Notes: a model not told the origin generated them from the letters alone. A DNA stretch of 63,843 bases, filler included, from an uncultured Myxococcia bacterium (GCA_964617105.1; 5 parts of 5 records of this genome joined end to end with filler, not necessarily neighbours in it); one strand, 5' to 3'. Shown: positions 47,508 through 58,534, numbered from the whole stretch's first letter. Program-made: numbers and translations.

Positions 47508-48707
47508 TTAAATTGTCAGTTTATCCCAAAGATTTTGCTGTAGAAAGGGATTGAAGATATCGATATCCTTGATTTTGAATTGTTGGTGACCATTAAAGAG
47601 AACCGCTCCCATTGATACTCCTTCAAGTCCCAACGTTTCAAATTGTTTTATCCCTTTAAGGAAATCGGGGGTAAAAGTTTCCGCAGATTTAATCTCTATT
47701 GGGCTCAATGAACCTTTTTCTCTAATCAGCAGGTCAACTTCATTACCATGGGAGTCACGGTAGAAATAAATTTCTGGTCTGATCCCATGATTAAAGGCGC
47801 CCTTGATAATTTCCGCAATGACTAAATTTTCATATAAATTCCCGCGCAAAGGATCCCGTGTAGCCTGTTCTTCACTATGAATACCAATAAGAAAGGCTGA
47901 TAATCCGGCATCGGTGAAATAGATCTTGGGTGATTTGACCACCCGTTTACGAATATTTTCAAAAAAGGGCGGCAATTCAAATATCACAAAAGATGCTTTT
48001 AGTACGCTTATCCAGTTTTTAATCGTAGTGCTGGAAACTCCAATATCGCTGGAAAGTGATGAAAAGTTTACAATCTGGCCCACTCTGCCTGCCAATAAAA
48101 CAAGAAACTTTTGAAATTGGGAAAGATCGCGCAACTGAATAAGTGAGCGGACATCCCTTTCCACATAAGTTTGGAGATAACTGTTATAAAAACGGCGGGG
48201 TTTGATTTTTTCCTGATGAAGTCGGGGGAAACATCCTTGCCATATTAAATCGAAAGGGTTCCAGTCAGATTTGTAATGAGAGAGTTCGGGTAAAGAAAAA
48301 GGCCATAGAGTCAGCATAGCGGTTCGACCGGCCAGAGATTGGCTGACCGCCTGGTGCAAGTGTGGTTGATGGCTTCCGGTAAGGATAAATAGACCTACTC
48401 TATTCTGTTTATCAACGATTCCTTGAATATATGAAAGTAATATAGGCAAACGCTGGATCTCATCCAGTATGGCACCATCTGGCATGGCGGACAAAAAGCC
48501 TCTTGGATCATTTTCAGCGGCCAAACGAAGGTCTGGATCTTCCAGGGAACAGTAGGGCTTGTCAGGAAACGTCATCTGTACCAGGGTTGTTTTTCCCGAC
48601 TGCCGTGGTCCCAGGATAGTAACAACAGGGAATTCAGCAGCCGATTCGAGTAGTTCGGTGGTGATATCTCTGGTAATCATATTAAAAGAATACCACATTT
48701 TGTGCAT
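47508..48707 (-). CDS. AAA_14 ATPase with DUF4143 domain
   Basis: GPRQSGKT, LDEIQR, LTGS, QSLAGR, SPKIYFTDAG, EVDLL..IEIKS. Confidence 0.92.
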   Translation of the reverse strand: MHKMWYSFNMITRDITTELLESAAEFPVVTILGPRQSGKTTLVQMTFPDKPYCSLEDPDLRLAAENDPRGFLSAMPDGAILDEIQRLPILLSYIQGIVDKQNRVGLFILTGSHQPHLHQAVSQSLAGRTAMLTLWPFSLPELSHYKSDWNPFDLIWQGCFPRLHQEKIKPRRFYNSYLQTYVERDVRSLIQLRDLSQFQKFLVLLAGRVGQIVNFSSLSSDIGVSSTTIKNWISVLKASFVIFELPPFFENIRKRVVKSPKIYFTDAGLSAFLIGIHSEEQATRDPLRGNLYENLVIAEIIKGAFNHGIRPEIYFYRDSHGNEVDLLIREKGSLSPIEIKSAETFTPDFLKGIKQFETLGLEGVSMGAVLFNGHQQFKIKDIDIFNPFLQQNLWDKLTI

Positions 48708-48758
48708 ATTTCAAGTAATACTTTTGATTTGCACAAAAACTATTAGCCATTCAAAACC

Positions 48759-48818
<60 letters not shown>

Positions 48819-48823
48819 TTATC

Positions 48824-50596
48824 TTACTTTAAAAAACCTTTTACCCTTTTTCCTCCACTGTTGACGCCGCGGTGGAGGGCGATGTTTTTACCGGTGTTGT
48901 ATCCTTGTTCACAATGCCTGACAGTGGTGCGGCCGCCCGAACCCCATCTCATTCCCCTTATATGGTGCTCCTCTCTGGCAAAGTTTTCAGCCTTTCGCAT
49001 GTCAGACTCAAACTGGGCATAAATTTTGGGATTATTCTTTCGCTCTTTTTTAAGGATCTCTTTCATCTGATCGGCAAGTCCCCATACGGCTGACTTATAG
49101 AAAGCATCTTTTTTTGTAACCGTTTCACCTCTCTGTGGTCGATAAGATGCCCGCCAGGTTTTGATATGGGTCTCACAGGCCCGCTCGATGCTCGCATCAC
49201 ATACCTGAAAAAGGTATTCGGCAAAAACCAGGTCCTGATGTTTTCCAAAAAAATGCATGAGCCCGGATTTTTTCCGGGACAGGGAAAACACCCCGCAAAA
49301 ATGAGCAACCTGATGGGCTAAAGCATATTTCCAGGCCTTTCTAAGTTCTAGTTTTATCCAAAGGTCATGTTTCAAATTGGCGATATCAGCATCTTTAAGA
49401 AGAATATAATTGTCGAGACCATATACCGTTATTATGTCATTGGCAATGGCGGTGGCAGTAATAGCCTCCGCGGTGCCCGGCTCAGATGCTGCCATGGTGC
49501 GAAGACAATGGAGGCGTTTTAAAAGCCTGGCGGTTTCGCCTGCATCAACCATTTTTTCTTCTGCAACGCTCTCTCTACTACTGAGAAATGCCCTGATGCC
49601 ACTGGCAATCCAATTGTCTATTAAGCAGCACTTGCAGTTTCCATTGTTCAATAACAATAACTTTTTAGGAGGGGCGAAATATTTTTTAGCAAACAATATG
49701 CCGGCCAATTCAACCATTTTGGCTTTGAAATGGCGGTTATGACGGAACTTACCATTTTTCTCAATAGACAAAGGGTGGGCAAACTCGTGAATAAGAGTGG
49801 CCTGAATTTCGGCCAGATCAGCATTGGGGCATACAGTAATAGTCATCAATCTTGGAATCCCGAAACGGGTAAGACGGATACGTCCGGCCACAAAGCCTTT
49901 TTGGTTTTTAGGGGATCGCCGAATAATCAGGGTAAAAGGAGGCAGTCCCAATTTTTGCCGGAAGGACTCGAAATTGGATCGAATTTCTGGGTCTGGGATA
50001 ATAAAATCATCTTTTTGCTCGATATTTTCTACTAAAGGATGCTCCTTGACTTCACCTAACTCGATAGACAACTTTTCTTCAGGCAGATCGGAAACAATCT
50101 CCACATCTTTTTCATTATCAAAATAATTTTCATCTTTGGTGACGATCTTTTCTCGCCTAACCCACGATGGGGGAATTTCTCCTGGCTTTAAAAGAGCATC
50201 TTTAACTGTTTCCAGGGCAGACCGGATATTTCGTTTATATCTGCTGTTTATCTTGATTGCATATTTTGGAAACACCGCTGCCCAATAGGTTTTTTCATTT
50301 ACAGTAATATTTATCTCTTTATCAACTGTCAATATAAGTGAGAACTGGAACCAGCAACTCTTCTCCACCCCTAGACACCATTCCGTTTCTGATACAGTGT
50401 AATCCTGGCTGCCAATTTTGCCCGTGGCCCCCTGATATTCGATAATAATATAGTTGAATCTATACCATGAGAAGAACCGGCGAACCGTCTGCTCTGCCAA
50501 ATCTGTCGGCAGCAGCAGTAAACCATCTCTATTTTCGTAAACCAGTTTATCGGTACTTGTTCTAGTAGTAGTAATATTTTCCATATTTTTAACCAT
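48824..50596 (-). CDS. SprT-like zinc metallopeptidase domain + DUF2786-like protein
   Basis: TLIHEFAH...RHNRHFK; LKRLHCLRTMAAS..GTAEA..A..IANDIITVYGL; FFGK..D..FAEYLF. Confidence 0.65.
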   Translation of the reverse strand: MVKNMENITTTRTSTDKLVYENRDGLLLLPTDLAEQTVRRFFSWYRFNYIIIEYQGATGKIGSQDYTVSETEWCLGVEKSCWFQFSLILTVDKEINITVNEKTYWAAVFPKYAIKINSRYKRNIRSALETVKDALLKPGEIPPSWVRREKIVTKDENYFDNEKDVEIVSDLPEEKLSIELGEVKEHPLVENIEQKDDFIIPDPEIRSNFESFRQKLGLPPFTLIIRRSPKNQKGFVAGRIRLTRFGIPRLMTITVCPNADLAEIQATLIHEFAHPLSIEKNGKFRHNRHFKAKMVELAGILFAKKYFAPPKKLLLLNNGNCKCCLIDNWIASGIRAFLSSRESVAEEKMVDAGETARLLKRLHCLRTMAASEPGTAEAITATAIANDIITVYGLDNYILLKDADIANLKHDLWIKLELRKAWKYALAHQVAHFCGVFSLSRKKSGLMHFFGKHQDLVFAEYLFQVCDASIERACETHIKTWRASYRPQRGETVTKKDAFYKSAVWGLADQMKEILKKERKNNPKIYAQFESDMRKAENFAREEHHIRGMRWGSGGRTTVRHCEQGYNTGKNIALHRGVNSGGKRVKGFLK

Positions 50597-50611
50597 CGCA
50601 TCAAAACTATT

Positions 50612-51610
50612 TCACTTCGGACGGGCATAACACTGTGGGCATTGATGTCCACAGGCATGCGACCATTCACCGCTGTTAATATAGCGGCCAATATCAACGG
50701 CTCTGGTGCAGCGGCAGCCATACTTTTTTCTCTGGCCGCTATCCGCTTTCAGGCTGGCGCCCGGACCAAAAAGTTGAATTAATTTGAACCCATCAACACA
50801 TGCACCTGGGCCAAAAAATTGAGTTAATTTGCGGCCATCCACCTTGGCGCCCGGAGTAATAATCCCGTTATCATGCAACAATTTCTCACAGCAAGTCCTA
50901 ATAGAGATAGAATAAGTTGCGGCGATCAGTTTAATATCCCCCATCATATTTTTCATCTCCCGGAGATCTTCCGGCTTTTCAGGGTTGAAAAAATAAAACT
51001 CTACTCCAAGATTATATGCTCTGGTTTTTATTTTTGAGTAATAATCGATGATACTGAAAGAGATTGAGGTTATGCCTGAAATTGCCGCTGCCTTTACAAT
51101 CTCTTCAATACTTTCCGCCGAGTAATTGTATCGCCACTCTCTCTGGCCAGTTAGCCGATACTTGATCAAGGGATCAACAAACAGGAAAACTTGCTCCGGG
51201 CTACTGCTATCTACCAGACAGGATAGTTGGTTTAACTGCTCTTTTAAAGGCGGTGCAACCGGTTTGCATACTGTGTCGTCAGGTAATATGCTAAAGCGAT
51301 ACCAATAGTTGTAATGGGGTTTGATCTCCTTTCTCCCATCCATCCAGGGGCCGAAATCTTGACTCCAAAGTCCTATGCTGTGGATATCATTAGGTTTAAA
51401 AGTTAGCCGGAACAATTTATTCATAAGAGGTTGAGGATGAAATTGTCCCTCATTAAGACCTCTAATCAACTCTTTAAGATGAAAACAGGGCATATCGGTG
51501 CGGCGGCTGGCCACCAGGACCAATTTGTCAGAAAAGTGTTTTTTAGCAATTTCTCTAGCAGTTTTTGTCTCCATGTCTACTAAAATTAACCCAATTAATA
51601 AAATTATCAA
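50612..51610 (-). CDS. DUF1848 family protein
   Basis: VASRRTDMPCF, C-terminal GQRKKYGCRCTRAVDIGRY...CGHQCPQCYA. Confidence 0.85.
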   Translation of the reverse strand: MIILLIGLILVDMETKTAREIAKKHFSDKLVLVASRRTDMPCFHLKELIRGLNEGQFHPQPLMNKLFRLTFKPNDIHSIGLWSQDFGPWMDGRKEIKPHYNYWYRFSILPDDTVCKPVAPPLKEQLNQLSCLVDSSSPEQVFLFVDPLIKYRLTGQREWRYNYSAESIEEIVKAAAISGITSISFSIIDYYSKIKTRAYNLGVEFYFFNPEKPEDLREMKNMMGDIKLIAATYSISIRTCCEKLLHDNGIITPGAKVDGRKLTQFFGPGACVDGFKLIQLFGPGASLKADSGQRKKYGCRCTRAVDIGRYINSGEWSHACGHQCPQCYARPK

Positions 51611-51789
51611 GATGAAAAAACCTTATTCGATATTCTTTTGCAGATAATTGACAATTATTGTATAGTTATGTTCCCAAAAATGACAAAACTTGGTTCGCAG
51701 CATGAGTCTTGGAGACATTTAAACAAATTAAACTCGGGATTGAAATACCTGGTATTCTTTTCGTTCTTAAAAATAGATTGGAGGAAATT

Positions 51790-52635
51790 ATGAATAAAAA
51801 GTACTTTTTAAGGTCGACTAAAGTAATTGTCCTGTTTTCAGTTATTCTGATCGCCATCTGGAGTTGCGGTGGGGGTAGCAAAAACCTGAAAAAAAATCCG
51901 GTCATACCAGGTATGGACCAACTCATCACCTGGTCATCCATGTTTGCCGAAAAGATCGATTACAACCAGGCCAAACTGGAGTTGCGCTGGGATTTAAACA
52001 CCAAGGTCAACCTGATGATCACTGGTTACAAATACAACGCCACTTTGGATAACGGCACCAAATACAGTGAAGATATTGAGTGGGATCCACCCCTTCATTT
52101 CTCGGAAGGTCTTTTGCCCATACCCATAACTCTGTCATTGGGCGATAATGGCCAGCAGATTATCGAATATATCAAGAGACAAAGCGGCCTTCTGGAGATC
52201 TCTATCACTCTATACCTGAATAATGGAAAAACCCACACCCTTAAAAGGCAGGTGGAATTTGCCCTGCCCAGACTTCCACAACTAAAAATCATTACTGCCC
52301 AGGCTGCCCGTATCGGCCGGAGTGGCGACTTAACCTTTGAATTCGCCATCACCAATATCAATCCCTTTCCAGTTTATCTTGAACAGTGCGAATATAGCCT
52401 GGCCCTGGAAGACGTGGAATTGAGCCGGGGGCTTATCGGGGTGGAGGAAAAAATCCCTCCCAACTCGGAACTAAGATATAATGTACCCCTTAAAATAGAC
52501 AGTAAAACCCAAGAGACAAAGGTGGTCAATTTCCTCAAGCAACCGGAGATCAAATACCTGGTTAAAGGTATGATGAAAGTGGGAAAATTAACTATTTTGC
52601 ATGAACTACCCGGCGAGATCAAATTCGGAAACTAA
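51790..52635 (+). CDS. LEA type 2 family lipoprotein
   Basis: RBS GAGG, lipobox IWSC, LPRLP, ITNINPFPV...YSLAL. Confidence 0.7.
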   Translation: MNKKYFLRSTKVIVLFSVILIAIWSCGGGSKNLKKNPVIPGMDQLITWSSMFAEKIDYNQAKLELRWDLNTKVNLMITGYKYNATLDNGTKYSEDIEWDPPLHFSEGLLPIPITLSLGDNGQQIIEYIKRQSGLLEISITLYLNNGKTHTLKRQVEFALPRLPQLKIITAQAARIGRSGDLTFEFAITNINPFPVYLEQCEYSLALEDVELSRGLIGVEEKIPPNSELRYNVPLKIDSKTQETKVVNFLKQPEIKYLVKGMMKVGKLTILHELPGEIKFGN

Positions 52636-52679
52636 AGGCTCGCTCAAAAATTAATTCGCACAAATACCGCGGAAGCGTA

Positions 52680-53677
52680 ATGAAAAATTGCCTTAAATGC
52701 AATGCCACTTATGATGACCATCTAAAATTTTGCCCTACTTGCGGTAATGCCCTTCAAGAGTTCGGTAAAAATGATATCGATCCCCTTATCGGTAAGGTGC
52801 TGGCCAATAATTTCCGGTTAGAAAAGTTAATGGGCATTGGCGGCATGGGGAAAGTTTATCTGGCCAAACAAATATCTTTGGACAAAAAAGTTTGCCTGAA
52901 AATACTTCACTCCCAGATGATGACTGATGCCAATATTGTCCGGCGGTTTTACGTGGAAGCCAAAGCTGCCAGCCGGTTAAACCATCCAAACAGCATCAAC
53001 ATTATCGACTTTGGCCAGACCGAAGAAGAGTTACTCTTTATTGTTATGGAATATCTGGCCGGCCAGGACCTGGAAAATATTATTAGAGAACAGTTTCCCT
53101 TAACGTTAGATAGAGTGATAAATATCAGCACCCAAGTTCTGGGGGCTTTGCATGCCGCCCATACCAATAATATTATCCACCGGGACCTTAAACCGGAAAA
53201 TATCATGGTGGAAGATCGTCCTGACCAGAAAGACTTTGTCAAGGTGCTCGATTTTGGAATTGCCAAGATTCAGGAACCGGACAGTGACAAATTAACCAGG
53301 GTGGGGATGGTCTGCGGCACTCCGGAATATATGTCTCCTGAACAGGCTCAGGGATTAGAGTTAGATCCCCGCTCCGATATCTATTCCATGGGAGTGATAA
53401 TTTTTCAAATGCTCAGCGGCCAGACGCCTTTTAAAGGCGAAAATCCAATGGCTATTTTGAATCAACATTTGCAAAACACTCCCCCGGCCATCTCTGAACT
53501 GGTAAACAATCCAGTTATCACCTCGGCCATGGAACAGGTGGTGAAAAAAGCGCTGGCCAAAATACCAAATCAACGATTTTCCAACGCTATGGATATGCGG
53601 GAAACCCTGCTGAATTTACTCCAGGATAAAAAAAAGGAGCCACCAAAAAGTGAAGAGACAGCCGCTGGCGGCACTCA
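52680..53677 (+). CDS. Hanks-type Ser/Thr kinase with N-terminal zinc ribbon (3' truncated)
   Basis: CLKC...CPTCG, GIGGMGKVY, HRDLKPEN, DFG, GTPEYMSPE. Confidence 0.95.
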
Positions 53678-53777
53678 NNNNNNNNNNNNNNNNNNNNNNN
53701 NNNNNNNNNNNNNNNNNNNNNTTAATTAATTAANNNNNNNNNNNNNNNNNNNNNNNNNNNNNNNNNNNNNNNNNNNN
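53678..53777. other. Artificial contig linker
   Basis: N-run/TTAATTAATTAA/N-run. Confidence 0.99.
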
Positions 53778-53982
53778 TTATTGCGCCTAAAACGTTGACG
53801 TTTTTGGATATTGCCGGCACATTGGCACCAGGATAAAGAGATGCTCTATCCTGATTTTGGGCAACACTGCTTTCACTGCAACTGGTCAATAAAAAAATCG
53901 CTAACAGCAATAATGGGAGTAACGCTATTTTCAATTTCCATCTGAAAACCAGGCGCTTGAGTGTCCATCTGCCAATTAACAT
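53778..53982 (-). CDS. Lipoprotein N-terminus (truncated); last visible gene of the VTC cluster
   Basis: Signal/lipobox LLAIFLLTSC. Confidence 0.55.
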
Positions 53983-54026
53983 GTTAATATACCTTTAGCA
54001 AACCCGCATGTAATTTGAGGTTCTGA

Positions 54027-54713
54027 TCAAAGTTCTATGGTGGTTTCCTGGAGCATCAGGCTTAGCCCTTTGACCGAGCCGATTTTTTTCTGGAAATCAC
54101 CAATTAAATCTGCTGAACTCTTTCCCCTTTTTAACTTGACATGATAGGCATAGTCCAGCCGGTTGCCCTGGGCCAGATCCCGGAGAGTTATCAAGGCGAA
54201 GTTAGCGCAATATTGGTTTAAAAGCCCCTCCAGGGCGGTGCGCTCATCTGATTTATTTTCAATATTGAACCGCAGCATACCGTCAAAATAGGTCTCTCCC
54301 CCCATGGGTGAATAATAAAGCACCACTGCCACCAGACAATAAACCAAAGTGCCCACCACTGCCGTGGTAAAGGCAGTGACTCCACAGGCGATGCCCGCTG
54401 CCAGGGCGGCAAACATAAAGATAATATCCCTGGCATCCTTAAAATTGGTCCGAAACCGAATGATGGCCAGGGCGCCAATCATGCCAAGACCACGGGCCAG
54501 GCTGTCACCAATGGCCTGCATTACTGTGGCTGCCACCATGGAACTGAGAACCAGAGCCTGCACATAGTTACGGGAGAAAGATAACCCCCTGAAGGTTTTA
54601 CGGTAGGTAAAAGCCACTAACCCCGACAACACAAAAGAGAGGCAACTTGCATAGAACACTGTCAGTAAGGTGGGATGGGAAGAAGTGGTTTGCACTGTTA
54701 ATGTATCTAGCAT
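54027..54713 (-). CDS. DUF4956 family membrane protein
   Basis: IGDSLARGLGMIGALAIIRFRTNFKDARDIIFMF...GIACG. Confidence 0.9.
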   Translation of the reverse strand: MLDTLTVQTTSSHPTLLTVFYASCLSFVLSGLVAFTYRKTFRGLSFSRNYVQALVLSSMVAATVMQAIGDSLARGLGMIGALAIIRFRTNFKDARDIIFMFAALAAGIACGVTAFTTAVVGTLVYCLVAVVLYYSPMGGETYFDGMLRFNIENKSDERTALEGLLNQYCANFALITLRDLAQGNRLDYAYHVKLKRGKSSADLIGDFQKKIGSVKGLSLMLQETTIEL

Positions 54714-54796
54714 AAAACCTCTCCATTTCACCTGAATCGCCGGTTTGAGAGTTCTAAATCTCTGCCTCCAATGCGACTCCAGGATTTTAAAAATGG

Positions 54797-55612
54797 TTAT
54801 TCAAAAATCGATTGCCTGGCGGCCTGGTGATACTTCCACATTCTGGATAGATCGGTCATTCCAAATCGATACTTGGAAAAACTGCTCCTGCTCAGATCAA
54901 AAGTCTGGATCAGATCGATCATCCACAGGGGTACTGCCGCTGTATAACATTTTAGTTCCAAAATCACATTGCCCCCAGTATAGCGAAAAGACTCGGGATG
55001 ATCATAGGAGACCATCTGGGCCTGGTCCGGCTTTAAATTAAACCCCTTTTCCGCCTGGCACCTAAGTTTAATATCAAAGGTTACCCGGGCATAGTCGTTA
55101 ACATTGGACACAAAAGCTTTCCGCCAATATTGAGTTATCACCTTGGGCTCTGCATTATAGGTCCACATCATCCGGTAAAACAGTTTCCGGCTCCGGGAGG
55201 CATTGTCCTGGCCCGATTCAAGTTGGCAGGATTGTTCTGGATCATAAAATATCTCCTGCCAGGCCTGGCTATCCACTGGAGCACGATATTTTCGCCCTAC
55301 CCCGCCTATTTTTTGTTTTATTTCCACAAAATAGGGGAGCGCTGCCTCAGAACCATAGGAGCGCACCCGCATGTTGAAGCGGTTTGGATCCTGTTCAATA
55401 CGCTTTCTGAGAAATAGAAACTGGGGAGTATCCAAATAGAGGTTGTTGATCTGGTAAAATTGATCCGGCTCTCGAAAAGAATATTTGTCTAGGGAGCAAT
55501 AGATGGAAGCAAAATCGGAGATGGGCTGGATCATAGACTCGGGTATCAGGTATTTCAACTCATACCGGTCAAGACGAGCGGGGATCGCTTTTTGCTTTTC
55601 ATTACTCATCAT
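54797..55612 (-). CDS. VTC (polyphosphate polymerase) domain protein
   Basis: RYELKYLI, NLYLDT, MRVRSY, VEIK, YWRKAF, RVTFD, ILELK, FSKY. Confidence 0.9.
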   Translation of the reverse strand: MMSNEKQKAIPARLDRYELKYLIPESMIQPISDFASIYCSLDKYSFREPDQFYQINNLYLDTPQFLFLRKRIEQDPNRFNMRVRSYGSEAALPYFVEIKQKIGGVGRKYRAPVDSQAWQEIFYDPEQSCQLESGQDNASRSRKLFYRMMWTYNAEPKVITQYWRKAFVSNVNDYARVTFDIKLRCQAEKGFNLKPDQAQMVSYDHPESFRYTGGNVILELKCYTAAVPLWMIDLIQTFDLSRSSFSKYRFGMTDLSRMWKYHQAARQSIFE

Positions 55613-56862
55613 GGACCAAGCAATTCCATAGTAGGTGACAAATAGTTCCGCAGCGGCTTATCCACCAATTTTCCCAAGTCGCTCAAGTGATTGATATAGC
55701 GTTCACGAACCCTAAAGGTTATCCGGGCCAGCCTTAGGTCTCCTTTTATCATGCTCTCTTTTAACTTCAACAGGGTAAGGGGATCAATTCCCTCTATAGA
55801 GAGATATTTTTTAAAAGAGGTTTCAGCGTTTCCACCCTTTTTGCGCTCCATGAGGATGCCGTGCTGGATAATCAAGCGCTCCAGAGCCTTGCGGTTGGAA
55901 AAAATCGACTCCGCCAACTCCTGCTGAGACTCCTCCATCTGCAGTTTCTCCCTCAGATAGGACAATTTCCTTCGGTTGATACCCTCCTGATCTCGATTGA
56001 TAAAGGGTAGATTGAATCCAAATTCCACAAAAAAAGCGCTCCTCAACTGATCCCGATCCTCATTATCATAAGAGGTACGGATAAAACTCAAATAGTTGCG
56101 CTCGCCGGCTTTTTCCAATTGATACCTGGACTCCGCCAATTTGAGCCGGGCCGCCCGGTTGTGAAAAAATATATTTTGACGGGCCAAGAGAAGTTTATCC
56201 TTTTTTACCATCTTTTGGATGGCAGGAATGTCAATTAGTTCGGGGGCAGGAAAGGTAACCTGCTGTTTATTGGAACCAGCCAGAGTATTGAGCCGGGCTT
56301 CCTTGCTATGAACAGAATTGTCCAGCCGGGCCAACTCCAGTTGAATATCGATGATATCATCTTCGGTTTTGATTATTTCACTCATGGAAAAAATTTCATC
56401 TCTTATATGTTTATGCAGCACCTTTAACCGGTCCTGGTATAGTTGCAGTAGTTGAAGGTTTAGATCTTTTTGCTCCAGAGTATTGAGATATTGAAGCAGA
56501 GCCTGATACCGCTCTTTAAGGGCCCGGTTAAAAATCACCACCTGCCGGGATTGATTAATCTCTTTGGTGGCATTGGTAACTTGCTCCCGGGATTCGGTTT
56601 CGCCCCAACCCTGCATATACCACTTTAAAGAGAACCGCTGCTTGGCCAGTTGAAAATCCTCGGTGCGGGTCCTGAACTCTACCCGCTCCAGATATGGGGT
56701 GCTCTCCGGGGCACTCTCCAGATAGCGCACCATCTCGGAGTGATTGAGTATCTTGCCATCTTTGGCAGCAGTGGCTAAAAACTGTTTGACCGTCATCGCC
56801 TGTATTGGGGACAGTGTCCATAATAACACCACCGCCATTAGCAACCATGAGTATCTTTGCAT
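55609..56862 (-). CDS. TolC-like outer-membrane efflux protein
   Basis: Signal peptide, coiled-coil character, FGFNLPFINR; adjacent to HlyD. Confidence 0.65.
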   Translation of the reverse strand: MQRYSWLLMAVVLLWTLSPIQAMTVKQFLATAAKDGKILNHSEMVRYLESAPESTPYLERVEFRTRTEDFQLAKQRFSLKWYMQGWGETESREQVTNATKEINQSRQVVIFNRALKERYQALLQYLNTLEQKDLNLQLLQLYQDRLKVLHKHIRDEIFSMSEIIKTEDDIIDIQLELARLDNSVHSKEARLNTLAGSNKQQVTFPAPELIDIPAIQKMVKKDKLLLARQNIFFHNRAARLKLAESRYQLEKAGERNYLSFIRTSYDNEDRDQLRSAFFVEFGFNLPFINRDQEGINRRKLSYLREKLQMEESQQELAESIFSNRKALERLIIQHGILMERKKGGNAETSFKKYLSIEGIDPLTLLKLKESMIKGDLRLARITFRVRERYINHLSDLGKLVDKPLRNYLSPTMELLGP

Positions 56863-56866
56863 ATAT

Positions 56867-57940
56867 CTATCCCCCCTGACCCAGCAATTTTTTCAACCAG
56901 GACTGCAAATCCCTTTTGCGGATATTTTGCGAGTGGATAAGCACTTTTTCCCCGAGGATAAAAGGATTTTGCTGAGGTATCTTTATCAGCACTTCTCTGC
57001 CCCACATCTGAAGTTCCGGGATCTTCCGCAACCGTATGGGATACTCAACTATACGGGTCCCTACCCCTACCGCCTGGCCTACCATTCGGTTATTCCGATC
57101 AGCCAGCGAGATAATCTCCATCTTATCCCCCACCTCGATCCTGGAATAGACGTTTTCGTGAATATATCCTTTAACGTAAGAGGGATTTTTGGAATGCAGA
57201 GTAAGAATCGGGGTAAAGGGCGCCACTTTTTCGCCCGATTTTACAAATACCGAACCTATAACCCCAGCCTGCGTGGCAAATATCGCCAATTTCTCCTTCT
57301 CTTTTAACAAAAGTTTCAGTTCACTATCCAGTTGGGCCACCTGGATCTTGGAAGCACTGTGGTTGGGATTGAGCAATATATTAAGAGTTTCTGCTTGAAT
57401 TTTTACCTGCTTCAGGTATAGTTTTTTCTCCTCCTCAAGGCTGTCTATCTTCATCTGGATGGAACTTTTACTCTTCTCGTTTTTGGATTTGCCCCAAGAT
57501 TTCTCCAAACTTTTCAATCCAGCGGCCATCTCCTTATTAAACTTCAATTGACGGGACAAATTTTGTACCCGATAGGATAGATCCACCAGTTTCACCGATT
57601 TTTCCGCCTGTAACTGGCGCAATTTGGCACGTATTTCGGCGGCATTCATGCCCCGCTGCACTTTGAGTTCATTGTGCCGGTGGGTTATCTGGCTAATTTT
57701 CAGGCTCAAGTCGGGGCTGTCCAATTCCACTAACCTATCTCCAGATTTAATCTCCTGCCCCTCCACCACATGGATCTTTTTGATATCCACTGCGTGCTCC
57801 CAATTAACCACTATCTCTTTGGTTTCTGCAATACCGTAAAGGTCGGCCGATTCACTCTCGTAGGTAAGGGTCATATAAACAATGACCCCTATGGCTAATA
57901 GCCAGAATAGAAATAAGGGTTTTGCTCTTTTCATGGGCAT
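56867..57940 (-). CDS. HlyD-family membrane fusion protein
   Basis: N-terminal TM, IHVVEGQEIKSGD.LVELDSP, GVIGSV.VKSGEKV, YVKGYIHE. Confidence 0.88.
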   Translation of the reverse strand: MPMKRAKPLFLFWLLAIGVIVYMTLTYESESADLYGIAETKEIVVNWEHAVDIKKIHVVEGQEIKSGDRLVELDSPDLSLKISQITHRHNELKVQRGMNAAEIRAKLRQLQAEKSVKLVDLSYRVQNLSRQLKFNKEMAAGLKSLEKSWGKSKNEKSKSSIQMKIDSLEEEKKLYLKQVKIQAETLNILLNPNHSASKIQVAQLDSELKLLLKEKEKLAIFATQAGVIGSVFVKSGEKVAPFTPILTLHSKNPSYVKGYIHENVYSRIEVGDKMEIISLADRNNRMVGQAVGVGTRIVEYPIRLRKIPELQMWGREVLIKIPQQNPFILGEKVLIHSQNIRKRDLQSWLKKLLGQGG

Positions 57941-57979
57941 AGTCCTATAATTTTTTTGGGTTTTCGGATCGACACTGGT

Positions 57980-58303
57980 TTAATCGCTACCCCATCCAGG
58001 GTGGGGGCGGGCTTGCTTAACAAACAGTTTGGGAGTCTCCCCCTCCTCTCCGTCAAATTTAAACTCCACATCCATACCATACCATTTTTTTGAATCCTGG
58101 CCATATAAATTCAAAAAATGTTTGTGAATGGCATCCAGAGCCTTACCCAATTCATAGGTCTGCTCTCTGGTCAACACGGTATCTCCAGCCGGGACCAGGT
58201 TGGAGTGGGAGATAAAAACCATTGGCTGGGCCGGGGAGTAGAAGTGATAGATAAACTGGTCGGTGGTTACACCGGCTTCCGGTTTTACTACCGAAGCCTC
58301 ACC
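57980..58303 (-). pseudogene. C-terminal fragment of a PEP/pyruvate-binding (PPDK_N-like) domain protein
   Basis: GEASVVKPEAGVTTDQF...HSNLVP...LGKALDAIH.HF...MDVEFKFD...LFVKQARP; no start of its own. Confidence 0.65.
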
Positions 58304-58515
58304 CCGGCCAGTCCGCCCAGGTCACCACCAAAGCCATCCTGGCTGCCAGATAACTCTCTCATCGCCTCCAGGCTGGTAACAAAAAAACTAAATCTGTCAC
58401 TCTCTTTTTGCTCCTGCTCATCACTGCCGCCAAAACAGGAAATAAAGATAAGCAATACCAGTAACAGGCTGCCAATTATTGCTCTCTTGGCATCGATTTT
58501 CACTATTCTGGACAT
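58288..58515 (-). pseudogene. N-terminal fragment of an endostatin/DUF1554-like lipoprotein
   Basis: Lipobox FISC, FSFFVTSLEAMRELSGSQDGFGGDLGGLAG, then breaks where 'AD..C' is expected. Confidence 0.6.
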
Positions 58516-58534
58516 TGTTTCCCCCTCTGTGCTA

